Of a stretch of 64,000 nucleotides of DNA, positions 52,143 to 64,000 are shown in pieces. The notes beneath the pieces were generated by a model, which saw only the letters and a program-made list of their open reading frames with translations, had not been told where the DNA came from and made no database searches. The stretch's first letter is position 1, and the number at the start of each line of letters is the position of its first letter. Position numbers and translations under genes: made by a program. The DNA is taken from positions 186,001-250,000 of the forward strand of contig CP158635.1 in the NCBI GenBank assembly GCA_050273025.1, in the 5' to 3' direction. Origin of the DNA: Cenococcum geophilum (lineage: Eukaryota).

Positions 52143-55100
52143 TTAGTCTATTAGGGAGTTATATACAATACGTTTTGTCTTCTATGGCTAGTAGACAATA
52201 AGGTCCAGTCTAATTACCGCTCTTACGCTATATAAGGACTTTAGAATTAAGTGGGAGGTTATAAACTAAGGTTATATTAGGTCCGTTGCAGTAATATAGG
52301 GCACTATTAACAGCTTATTTAGCCTGTAATTTAACTATTTCGGCTATTGCCTTCCGTATTATAGCTGCTTATTCCGTAATAAACGGGGTAGGAGGGCCTA
52401 GGTTACTTATCCTTAGGTAGGCTCCTAAACTAAGAGAGTAGGTACTAATCCGTTAGGGCTAGCGGTATTATTAATAGCTTTTACGGCCATCTGTAAAGCT
52501 AGTTCCTTTTAAATATCCTTATACTTATCTGTAATAATCTAGTAAGCTCTCTATAAAGCTAGGTAAGCTCGCTTAATAAGCCTAATAGACTAGTGCGCCT
52601 TAACTAGAACGGCTTTTGTTAAAATAGCCATGGCTATAGCGTACTATTAAAATTCCTTACTAATAAAGTTCCTACCGGCGTCGTGGGTAATATACTTAGG
52701 GGGTCTAACATATATATTAATCTAGCAGGTCCGTAAAATGTCTTAAGTGTATTTTACGGATATATTTTATAACTAATAGGCGGCTTAGTAGTGGGTTACC
52801 TTATTAATTATATATAATACTGGGCTGCCGTTAATATATATAATGTCTATATACACTAAGTAATTAAAATTAAGGTTTTTATAGAGAGTGAACTTAAATC
52901 GGCCTAGGGAACGTCTATATTTCTAGCAGAAGGAGCAGTATTTAGTTAGGTAGTTAATTGCCTTTCTATTAACGTTATTATATCTAGAGCGTTTAAGGAC
53001 TCTATATAGCTTTTCAGCTAATAAATAGCCGAAACGGCGGTATAGGCGGTAGATCTTAGTACTAGTAAGGTAGCACGGGTTATAGTTAAAAAATTCCTAA
53101 ATATAGGTCTGTAAAGTTTCTCCCTATATAAGGAACGGGTGTCCGAATTATTGTGTAATTAGTAGGGTAATATATTTACTTCCTAGGACAGTTATAGGGC
53201 TAATTAGGGTGTCTGTAATATTATTATAGTAGACCTATAACCTATCTATATCCGTAAGGCAAAGTAGGAAAGGGGTATCCGCTTTTACTATATGGAAGTT
53301 AACTAGGCTAATTAGAGTCTTAACTGCGACTAATTTAATTAATGCGGTTAAGCTAATGCCAAATTAGACGTTTACAGCCCTAGTTTGCATAGTATTAATG
53401 TCTATATTATTATTTATGGTGGTCTTATATATAAGGTATTATCCGTAACCTATAGTAGACTTCTTAGAGGCACCTATATTAATTATAACGCCGTAGAATT
53501 CTTTAGGGGTATAGCGTTCTATAGTGATATATGTAAATAGGTCCTATTTGCGGTCTGTAATATCCGTAATAGGTCTAATAGGTATGCTTATAGGCTAGTT
53601 TTTGGGTGCAATTAAGTGTATAAAGGAGCGGTTGGCTAATACAGTTGTAATATTAAAGGCTTAGCCGTCCGTAAAAGGTCTAAAGGTAGTTAGGAACGTT
53701 TCAAAGGTCTCCTATTCCTAAGTATTTAAGTTAAAGTTAATTATAAGGGCTTCTATTAACTTGTTAAGAGACTCCTCCACTTCCTCTCCTTTGTAGTCTA
53801 AGATAAACTAGTTAATCCGATTGTTAAATCTCTTTTTAGACTTATTACGTTCTTTCTAGGTGTGCCTTATAGACTAATATCCTTCCTTACCGCATATAAA
53901 GCACTTCTAACTAGTTCGTTTATAGGGGTATGCTTAGCGTGGTTTTTAATATTAATACTGCCAATAATATTGATCAATAATGTTACTAATCAATATTAGC
54001 GAGTATTGGCGAGTATTGGCGATATTTATAATATTTACAGATCTTCTTAGCACCCCTTTAAATTTTTAACTTTAATATTATACGGATAAATTATTAAATA
54101 TTATGGCTTCTAAAGCAGACTTATTACTTTTTAATATAGAGGATGTTACGGACGCTTTAAGTACAATGTTATGACTACTTAGGAAAGAGTTGGAAGAAGC
54201 TAGTTAGTTAATTTAGGTATAGTCTAGGATAGAGCTAATAGAGCTATGTAACGAGGAATAGTAACTAAGGTTATATAACATAATTTATATAATCTATAGG
54301 ATCTGTGTAATCTATAATAGAGTAAATAGAGTACGCGTATATTACGTATAAGAAGGATTTTATAGGAGTACGGTTGTGTATTTAAGGACCCTTAGTCCCT
54401 ACCTAGATAGTTCCTTCCTTATAGTAATTCTTAGAATATAATTAAAGTTAATCTGTTAGGCAACTACTCCACCAGTTATTACTACGTTATTAACTTTAAT
54501 TTATATCACCTATACACCTAGCCCAATAACGAGCCCACTATAGTACCCGCTATAAGGTTCCGTTACATAATTACTACCTAGTTACGGTATTAAATATAGA
54601 AAGTTAAATAACATACCACTAAAGACAGCCACCATAACGCCATTAACGGCGGCAACTACTTTAAGGTTAGGTGACACTAGTATAGCAGATACTAACTTAT
54701 AGCAACCTATAACGGTCGGACAGTTATAAGAGGTAATTGACTAGTTAATAGCTAATAATACAGCGTTAGAAGAAAGGGTTAATGGGATTAAAGTAGTAAA
54801 GGTTAAGTTACTATCTATTAAGAGATTCTTAGGAGAAAGATTAAAACTTAAAGGATTTCTTACGTAAATGCACTTTAAAGTTTTACAGAAAGGGGTAAAG
54901 CTACTAATACCTATGGATCGAATAGCCTATATAGGACTATTCCTATTAGAAAGAGCACTAAAGTGGTTTAAACCTTATCTTACAGAGATATAAACGAACG
55001 GAATAACGACTACTAACTAAGACGTGCGATTTATATTCTTAAGCTAGGAAGGGTTCGCAGAGCGACTTACGTAAATATTTAAAGACCTAAAATTAACAAC

Positions 55101-58100
55101 CACGGCGAAAAGAAAACTCTAAGATATTATATAATAAACCTTAGCAATTAAGTATATAACATAATTCTAGATATTAGCAATATAAGTAGAGTAGAATAAT
55201 AGGGCGCTTATGGCATAGTATAAGTAAGGACTTAAAGCTAAAGTCTAGGATATAATTATTCTAATAGAAGATACGGACACCCTACGGGAATTAATAGATT
55301 AGGCGATTAAGATTAATAATTAAATCTACTAAAGGGAACAGACCAAGAAAGGTTAGGATAGAGTTCTATAGTTATATAAGATATAGAGTACACAATAACC
55401 AAAGCTAAATTAAAAAACATAGTATGGCGCAGAGCTAATAGACCTAAGTACTACTAAAGAAGCCTATAAGAGATAGAGTAAAAGATTATAGAAACCTAGA
55501 GGTTAAGGATTTAGTAATCACAGGATTAAGGAGCAGAGGCTAAACCAGGGATCTTAGTAGTAGAAGACGTTTAGGCGGATTCTATAGCAAAGTTAATGGT
55601 TTAAAGACGGAGCTTATATAAATTATAGAAAACAGGGTTATTTTGCAAGGAATTGCAAAGATAGTTAGAGTTACTATATAATAAAGGGAACTAGACTAAT
55701 AGTAGAAAACACATACGTATAGAGAGATAATAGTGTACTGCGAGGAACAAAAGAATGTTTAATTAGAAGTTTCGCATTTTATTATAATAATGCATGCCAA
55801 ATTTATAAAGATACTAAGTATAGCGTAAGCTATTAGCCATAGAAGCTAAAATCTATAGAGTGTAGAGGAACTAATAAACTAGTTTATAGACCAAATATTA
55901 AAGACAACGAGTTTAATAAAGGCGAAACATTTTATAACAATAAGGTAATAAGGGCGGCTTACTAGGAGCACGCAGACCTCAGAGATATTATAATAAAAGT
56001 AGATGATGATTCCACTACAGAATAGGGAACATTAGTAGGGATTAAGACCCTACTAGACACGATATCTATCGCTTTACAAGACGTAAGAGAAGTAGGACAA
56101 TAAACCACTTCGGTACTTAATAAAGGTAAAAGGCTAAAGGCTTAAGATTCTTAAGACGAGATAAGGTAAGCTTAAGGACCTATAATGGATAATAACCGAT
56201 AAAGCAGAGCAGTAGCTTAGTTTAAAGATATATAAATGAGCTCAGAATAGAGTTTCCCACAGGCACAAGACTCTTAAGATAAGATAAGTAAGATTTAAGA
56301 CTTTTAAGACGAGATAAGAACACTAAGTAAGCCTAGTTAGACTAAGACAGGAGTAAAGCTTAAGTTAGAAGTAAGCTCGGGATTAAAGAATCTAAGGGGC
56401 TAAGAATTTAGAGAACGAATAAGGATACCTATAAGGAAGAAGTAAGGAGCCTTCTTATAGATTAAAGAATCTGTAGTATAAACAGCAACTAGACTAGGAG
56501 ACAAACATATAGACCTAGAAGACTTACTAGTAGAACACAGTGTTTAGCTAGAAAATTGAAAAACTAATACTAAGATTAAGAAGCAAGACGATGTTAAGGA
56601 TCTACTTATAAAATACGAAAGGGAAGAAACTATAGAGGGATTTAGAGTAAGAATTACCTTATAGTAAGAGCAGAAACTAGATAAAAGATCTAGCATATTA
56701 GGACGTATAAGGGACAAAACGCTAGTATAAAGAATTACCAATAGGCCTAGAGCAGGCACACTAAGAGCTAAGTAGCTTATTAAACTGGAAAATAAAGAGG
56801 ATCTAGGGATTCTAACCAGGTTTAAAGAACGACACACTAAAGGCTGTCACGATATAGTAATAAGAAGATACTTCCTTACGGATAAGCCGTATATACTCTA
56901 ATAGCTATATTAAAAGTAGTATAGATAGCGACATAACGATAAGTGGGAAGATTTCTACATATAGTTGGATAAAAAAGTTATTTAAGACCACCTAATTATG
57001 AAAAAGGCTATAAATTATATTAAAGGAGCCTTAATTATAACATTAAAAGATCTAGAGAAATGCTTAGAGGACTAGAGAAGTAAGAGATGTATCTTAGTAC
57101 CTGCGAATAAAGTCGCAACGTTCAGATTAATACGGTAAAGGTTTAAACTTAAGGACGAAAACGAGCCAAGAGTTAACCTAAGACACTAAGCACACTACAC
57201 GCTATTATAGATTGTATATATGGACGACATATATAAAATATACAAAAACCTAAAGGAAAAGAATCGGAAATACCCTATAAGAATATATTAGTTAATAGAA
57301 GAATAAAAGTATAGAAACGCCAAGTATATACATAGTTAGCATCTAGTAGAAGTTTAGGAGTTAGGGGACTTAATACTTTAGCTAGGAAGATTCCTTATAA
57401 AAGAATGCCTAAATAGACGATAGTAGTAGAAATACCTAGAGAATACATATCTATAGTATATTAAAGATAAAAAGCAAACTAAGTATTAGCCTAAGTTAGA
57501 CCAAGTATAAATAGGATTAAGTAGCTAATAGTTAGGAAAAGTAGAGGCCTATAGGACTAGAGGGAGCTAGTAATAGAGCCTTAGACCCTTAAAGGAATTT
57601 AAGGACAACACCTAAATTTACAAGTTAAGTGGCAAGATTAACAGTTTAAGGCATTAATAGATAGTGGAGTAATAAGGAACCATATCTCGCTAATAGCGGT
57701 TAAAAGAATGGGATTACCTTATAGGCAAAAGGAGGAACCTTACCTATTAGTTACAATTTTAGGAGATCCGATAGCCTATAGAGGAGGCATTATTAATCTT
57801 AAAATAGGACCTATTTAGTTAACTATTAAAGGGAGATAAATTAAGATATCTTTTAATATATTACTATTAGGGAATAATAAGGCAGTACTAGGAATGCCTT
57901 AGTTACAGAAATATAATCTAAAGATTAATTAGGTTATAGGTTAGGTTAATATTAGAGATACTTAATAATATAAGATATAATAATAAGCTAAGATAGTATA
58001 GTACTAAGTAGGAGCGACCTATAAAGAAATAGAGAAAGGACTAAGTTACGTACTAAAGAGATACTATAAGTATAGTAAGAAACTATAGTCACCAGAAAAT

Positions 58101-58648
58101 AAAAAACTATTAGAGTATATAGTATGGGACTATAAAATAGAATTGGAACCAGGAATAAGTCTAAGGTTCTTTCTAATCTATAAGCTTACCAAAAAAAAAA
58201 GTAGAGTATTAAAAGAGTTTATCTAGGAAAATCTATAAAAGGGATATATTAGACCATTATAATTATTAGCGGGTTATCCAGTACTATTTATACTAAAGAA
58301 AAATAGCAAGCTAAGGCTATGCATTAACTATAGATAGTTAAATAGCATTACCAGGAAGGATAGGTATCCTTTACCCTTAATTAGCGAGATCTAAGATAGG
58401 ATAGGTAACGCGTAAATCTTTACAAAGATAGATCTAAGATAGGCGTACCATTAGATTAGAATTAAGGAAGGCGATAAATAAAAGGCAGCCTTTAGATTAA
58501 AGGAAGGACTATATAAGCTATTAGTTATGCAATTCGGGCTTATAAACGCACTAACAATATTTTAAAAGCGTATTAACAATATATTAGGAGAATACTTAGA
58601 TAAATTTATTATAGTATACCTTAATAATATTATTATCTACTTAATAAC

Positions 58649-58835
58649 TGTCACGGCACTGACCTGACACGTTGTTATAATTTAGTGTTGTTATAACACG
58701 AGCACGGACCTAACCCCTAAGCGACGTATATATATACCACCTCACCTCCTACATAGATCCTCACACGACATCGTTTGTCAATGATATACAGTCACCTCGT
58801 ACATCGTACCTTGACAGTCCGCACGTACTGTGACA
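58649..58835. mobile_element. Solo LTR (187 bp), essentially un-RIPped, inserted in C2 reverse transcriptase
   Basis: TGTCAC...GTGACA termini; TSD ATAAC (58644-58648 / 58836-58840). C1 shows the empty site at ~4162. Confidence 0.92.
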
Positions 58836-61068
58836 ATAACTAAGGAAGAATATAGGGAACACGTTAAATAGGTCTTAAAGAGACTATAAAAAGAACAAAT
58901 ACTAGTAGCAATTAAGAAATGCGAGTTCTTCACTAGGAAGACCAATTTTATTAGATTTATTATTAAACTAGGCTAACTCAGTATAGATCTAAAGAAGATT
59001 AAGGCTATAGTAAATTAGTAAGAATTAGAGAACGTTACGTAGTTAAGATTATTCTTAGGGTTCTATAATTACTACAGAAGGTTTATAGCGCAGTAGTTAA
59101 AGGATATTAAGCCATTTACGCAATTAACGAAGAAAGAAGAACTATAGGTATAGGGAGAGGAACAAAAGGAACTCTTTAAAAAAGTTAAAGAGTTATTTAC
59201 CCAGGAACCAGTTCTTAAAATCTATTAACTAGGACTAGAAATGGTTATAGAAATAAATATATCAGACTATATACTAGGGGCGTGCTTTATATAGAAATAC
59301 TAAGATAGATGGCACTTAGTAGCATATTATAGTCGGAAAATAACACTACTAGAGTTAAACTATAACATTTATAACAAGGAGTTGTTAGGTATAGTTACAG
59401 CACTAAAGAAATAGAGAGTATTCTTACAAGGTATAGAAAAACTATTTATAGTTAAGATGGATTATAAGAACCTAATAGGATTCTTAATAATAAAGGAACT
59501 TAACTAAAGGCAGGTTAAATAGGCAGAGATACTTATAGAATACTATTTTAAGATTTAGTATACTAAGGGTACAGATAATACGCGAGCAGATGCTTTAAGT
59601 TAAAAAGCTAAACTATAAAATAATAAAAAGCCATTAGGGGCTTTACTGCGAAAAGACACTAACGGATTAATTAGGTATAATTATCCAAAAATTATAGCAA
59701 CTTAAGAAGAGTTAGACAAAGTTTATAAAACACTAGGAAGCCTTTAGGTATAAAGAATTCTAAAAGCATAGCTAGAAGATCTATAGATGGATATATATAA
59801 GAACTAAGAAATAATATATATCCTAAAAAGCATAGCAGAGTAATTTATGGAAGAATTCTATAAGGGGTTAACTTAAGGACATAACGGAGCCACGGGCTTA
59901 GTATTAAGACTTTAAGAGGAGTATATTATTAACGGAATCTAGGGCTTAGCGCAAAAAGTTATAAGAGAATATCTAGATTACTAAAGAAATAAACTAATAA
60001 GGTATAAGCTATATAGAGGACTACAACCTATTAAAACACTAGAGAGACTATAGGAGGTTATATTATAGGACTTTATTATTAAGTTACTAAAGTTAAGAGA
60101 TCCTATTACCGGATAAAATTATAATATAATCTTAGTAATAGTAGACAAGCTTATAAAGTAGGGATACTTTATAGCCTATACAGAAGAGATATTAGTAGAA
60201 GATATTACTAGAATCTATATTAAAGAAGTGTTTATAAGATATAGAGCACTAAGCAAGATTATATCGGACAGAGATTTAAGATTTATAGCAGCATTCTAGG
60301 AGGTATTCTTAGCGGAGTAAGGAGTTAGAGTAGTAACTTCTACCGCATATTATCCGCAGATAGACGGTTAAACGGAAAGACTAAATTAGATACTAGAGTA
60401 GTATCTAAAATACTATATTAATTACGCATAGAACAATTAGGTATTATTATTACTAGTTATATAGTTTATATATAATGCAACACCATAAGAAGGAATAGGC
60501 ATATTACTATTTAAGGCGAATTACAGGTATAAGCTAAGAACATTGTTATTGCCACGTTAAGTAAAGAAGATAAGTAGTATAGCTAAATAAAGAATAGAGA
60601 TATTAATAAATCTTTATAAGAACCTTATAGAAATAGTAAAGATAGTATAATAAAGAATAAAAAGGTATTATAACGCTAAGAGATCTAAGGGACTAGATCT
60701 TAAGAAGGGAGATAAAGTATAGCTACTATATAAAAATTTTAAAAGTTGATAACTAAGTAAGAAGTTGGACTATGTTAAACTAGGACCTTTTAAAATTAAG
60801 TAGAGGATTTTACCAGTTACGTTTAAGTTAAACCTACTAGCTAAAATAAAGATCTACCCTATATAGCACATTGTAATGCTAAAGCCAGTATATAGGAATA
60901 TTAAGCTACTAGTTTACGAAGCAGATATGTATAGAGGGTAAAAAGAAGACAAATAGTAAGTTTTAAAGATTGTTAGTTATAAGGACATTAATAATAAAAC
61001 ATAGTATAAGGTTAAGTAGATAGGCTACACTAAAACTACCTAGAAGCTACTAAAAAATTTAAAAAACG

Positions 61069-61741
61069 CTATAGAAAAGGTATAGAAGTATTAGAAGAAA
61101 TTAGGTTAGGCAGTATTAATAAAGAAGGATCACTAAAGAATAAGTTACCTAAGGGGGACATAAGAAGAGCAGTTGCCGAGCTACTTGGATCTATTTCCTT
61201 CTCTATTAGAAGAGAATCCGTTCTTTTATTGCTAAGTTCCTATAAACCTTATTTTATAAGTTTCCACTCCTTAAAACGAACCTTCTTACGCACCTTTTTA
61301 AGACGGATTAGTTAAGCGGACGCCGCCAGATAAGACTTAAGGGCCCATTACTAAGTATCGGTAGCCTCCCATTTAGCGTCCTAAAAACGGCATAATTTAG
61401 CAAGAGTAATAGATAGTTTATTATCTAGCTATATAGCAGCAGATTAAATATAAAACCCTAAGACAAATTAATTAGGGAACTAGACGACTACTAAGAGTAA
61501 TAGGTCGCGTATATTTAGTATTAGAGATAAAGCGAACATTACAGGATAAACGAATATTTGCTTTAGTATATTCTAAGTAAGAGGACGGTTATTATAAAGA
61601 TAGGTTTACTAATGTAATATAAACCAGCCCCTTTTTTAAGCAGTAAGAATATAGAGATAGTATAATCTTACTAAGAGATAATATTGCAGTAATAGTGCGA
61701 GCACAACGAGCAGTTAAGGAAGAAGAAATTGCTTTAGGTAT
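61069..61741 (-). pseudogene. Antisense accessory gene of Gypsy C2: Zn(II)2Cys6-like motif, 55-nt intron (61512-61458), helical C-terminus
   Basis: De-RIP: MPKAISSS...GEIMPSPCSYCxKKGLVC-x13-CSECTKANIRSSCDVRSVSDAE/W...LDNELSVALAKLRR. The spliced frame is continuous. Confidence 0.7.
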
Positions 61742-62740
61742 AATAAGCAATAATATTAACTAAATTAATTAGACAAATATTATACCTCTAGTAAATAACT
61801 TAGAGATATTTTAAATCTTTAAAAACGAAGATAAAAAGGAGGGAGATGGTATTACGGACGCTTTAAGTATAATATTATAACTACTTGGGAAAGAGTTAGA
61901 AGAAGCTAGTTAGTTAATTTAGGTATAGTCTAGGATGGAGCCGATAGAGCTATATAATAAGGAATAGTAACTAAGGTTATATAATATAATCTATATAATC
62001 TATAGGATCTATATAATCTATAATAGAGTAGATAGAGCACGTATATATTACGTATAAGAAGGATTTTATAGGAGTATGGTTATGTATTTAAGGACCCTTA
62101 GTCCCTACCTAGATAGTTCCTTCCTTATAGTAATTCTTAGAATACAATTAGAGTTAATCTATTAGGCAACCACTCCACTAGTTATTATTACGTTGTTAAC
62201 TTTAATTTATATTACCTATATACCTAGCCTAATAACGAGCCTACCGTAGTACCTACTATAAGGTTCTGTTATAGAGGAGTTATTTAACTGCTAGTAAAAA
62301 AAGACTTTTAACCTATAGATACTAGTTAGTAGGGATTTGCGAAGCAAATCCTATCCCTCCGTCGTACTGCGCAGCCCCCTGCCCCGCTACGCTCCCTCTA
62401 TAAAAGATATAAAGTCAGCTACTACGCAGCCTCCTTTATATCCTCGCAGGGGGAAGCGTAGTAGGGTAGGGGACTGCGCTGCGGGGGCTGCTTTGCAGTG
62501 GGGGGTAAGCTTTAGACAAAGCTTCGTGCGGAGGTTCGCGCAAAGCCTTATGCAGAACCGCGTGCGGCGTAAAGGCATGTGGACGTATAGATGTCTAGAC
62601 GTGCGGACGTTTATACAGGCATTTATATAGACGTTCGTATAGGCGTTCGTGTAGGTAATTAATTAATAAATCGATTAATTGTAGAGCCGTTCGAGTAGAT
62701 AATTAATTATATCAGTGCTGCGTGTTAGTAGAGCTTAGAG

Positions 62741-63070
62741 TAGAGTGTCGTGTAGAGCTGCGGGTAGAGCCTCGCGTAGAGTTTTTAAGTAGAGCTTAAG
62801 TAGAGCTCCGTGCAGAGCCTTAATAGAGCTTTAAGCAGAGCTTTAAGCAGAGCTTTAGTAGAGCCTCGTGCAGAGCTTTGAGCAGAGCTTTGAGTAGAGC
62901 TTTGAGCAGAGCTTTAAGTAGAGCTTTAAGTAGAGCTTCGAGTAGAGCTTCGAGTAAAGCTTCGAGCAGAACTTTAAGTAGAGCTTCGAGCAGAGCTTTA
63001 AGTAGAGCTTTGAGTAGAGCTTTGAGCAGAGCTTGGTTAGAGCTTTAAGTAGAGCTTTAATAGAGCTTCT
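62741..63070. repeat. 12-bp tandem repeat array (AGAGCTTTGAGC / AGAGCTTTAAGT) inside the hAT
   Basis: More than 20 units; related units recur at 63120-63145 and 63400-63500. Confidence 0.88.
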
Positions 63071-64000
63071 CTATATAGACCTTGTATTTAGGCTTATTTT
63101 TAAAGGCCTTGTAAAGGGCTTTATATAGAGCTTTAAGTAGAGCTTTGTATAGGCGTTCGTGCAGGCGTTTGTGTAGACATTTATAGAGACATTTATAGAG
63201 ACATTTATAGAGACGTTCGTATAGACAATTATATGGGCAATTATATAGATATTTAATTAATTAATTGTATAGGTATTCGTACGGGCAATCATGCGACATT
63301 TATAGAGCCGTTCGTAAAGACGATTGTATGGCGACTAATCGTATGGGCGTTCGTACGGCCGATTGTAGAACTTCCTAGTATATTAGTGCTGCATGTTAGT
63401 AGAGCTTTAGAGCTCTATATAGGGCTTTAAGCAGAGATTTGAGTAGAGCTCTAAGTAGAGCTTTAAATGGAGCTTCATGCGGAGCTTTTGCAGAGCTTTA
63501 GTAGGACGCGTATAGTCGTAAAAAAATCTAACTGCCCTTTTACTACGCCACTATAAAGCTATTATAAAACTAGCTGCTTATAGATAACATAGATAGTAGA
63601 GTAAAGAGGCTATATTAGAGATATAGAGCTTTAATTATATATAGTTGTGGTATAGTTAGGGGTAGTTAATATTTAATTTTGGTAAGGGAACGCGTATTAA
63701 GACATTTTATAGCATACAAATACTTCTACACCTAAGAATATATTATAAAACTGCCAATATATGCCAATAATTTATATAATCTTTAATTCGAAATAAGTAT
63801 ATTTCTATTATAATTATTTTATTTAAATTATTGCTAATATTTAAATATTAACACTACAAATATTGGCTGGAATTTCGCTTATTAAAAACCACGCTGGGTA
63901 TGCTTTTATATGGGAGTTGCTTTGGTGGTTATAGGTAGGACTTAGTCGGTACGGGTACTACTAGCGGTAGCGGCGGTCCGTAAAGTAGGCATCTAAGTTA

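Larger units (their letters stand above)
54144..62273 (+). mobile_element. Gypsy family C copy C2, full length (8130 bp including solo-LTR insert)
   Basis: 424-bp LTRs 54144-54567 and 61850-62273; TSD GAGGA (54139-54143 / 62274-62278). Gag CCHC ~55615-55657, protease ALIDSG ~57651, RT, RNase H, integrase, chromodomain ending ~61136. Confidence 0.96.
53935..63896. mobile_element. hAT-superfamily DNA transposon, apparently non-autonomous (~1.83 kb without the nested Gypsy)
   Basis: 17-bp TIR (C>T)AGCGTGGTTTTTAATA (53935-53951) / TATTAAAAACCACGCTG (63880-63896); 8-bp TSD GGTATGCT (53927-53934 / 63897-63904); GCCAATA/TATTGGC subterminal motifs at both ends. Confidence 0.9.
40992..64000 (-). mobile_element. 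Copia family A copy A2 (5' end beyond window), interrupted by Gypsy E and by a hAT element
   Basis: 3' LTR 40992-41211; pol at 41457-43266 and 52148-53934 is the reverse complement of A1. Gag resumes at 63905-64000 (AYFTDRRYR) after the hAT TSD. Confidence 0.92.

Noticed and set aside
1530..62630. All 16 short ORFs in the supplied track as real genes
   Set aside because: They are antisense or off-frame to TE genes, lie in LTRs or repeats, or are RIP fragments of pol (35440-35622 is B2 RNase H, 45377-45583 is E protease). The 50414-50629 'start' GTG is the intron donor GTGAGT.
62337..62630. Overlapping 97-aa and 63-aa ORFs as a hAT transposase
   Set aside because: No BED finger, DDE or dimerisation motif; the open frames are explained by local GC richness.
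1..64000. Calling the window a centromere or naming the species
   Set aside because: AT-rich nested TE blocks fit centromeres, subtelomeres or AT isochores equally; no diagnostic sequence is present.

Overview
Fungal (filamentous ascomycete-type) AT-rich heterochromatic block. It is made almost entirely of nested transposable elements heavily mutated by Repeat-Induced Point mutation (RIP; strong TpA excess, CpA/TpG loss, TGG/CAG/CAA codons turned into stops). No intact protein-coding gene is visible and the supplied short ORFs look spurious. Boundaries resolved from termini and, where both ends are in the window, target-site duplications (TSDs): two Ty1/Copia families (A: 1-3644 and 40992->64000; B: 15892-24138 and 34686-40859), three chromodomain Ty3/Gypsy families (C: 3645-7542 and 54144-62273; D: 25389-31428; E: 43267-52142), a pogo/CENP-B-type DNA transposon (9970-12020), an ORF1-only 'half-LINE' (20471-22580), a non-autonomous hAT (53935-63896) and an un-RIPped solo LTR (58649-58835). 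The roughly 9 kb backbone left after removing these carries tandem-repeat arrays and a RIP-destroyed HMT1/ATM1-like ABC transporter. Most notable: (1) two different Gypsy families carry an intron-containing antisense accessory gene with a Zn(II)2Cys6-like cysteine pattern downstream of pol; (2) a Copia family shares an ~83-bp hairpin module with a Gypsy 3' UTR and has a relic polypurine tract (PPT) next to it; (3) a TSD-flanked LINE has ORF1 but no ORF2. All protein calls are manual translations with RIP reversed by eye and need HMM confirmation.
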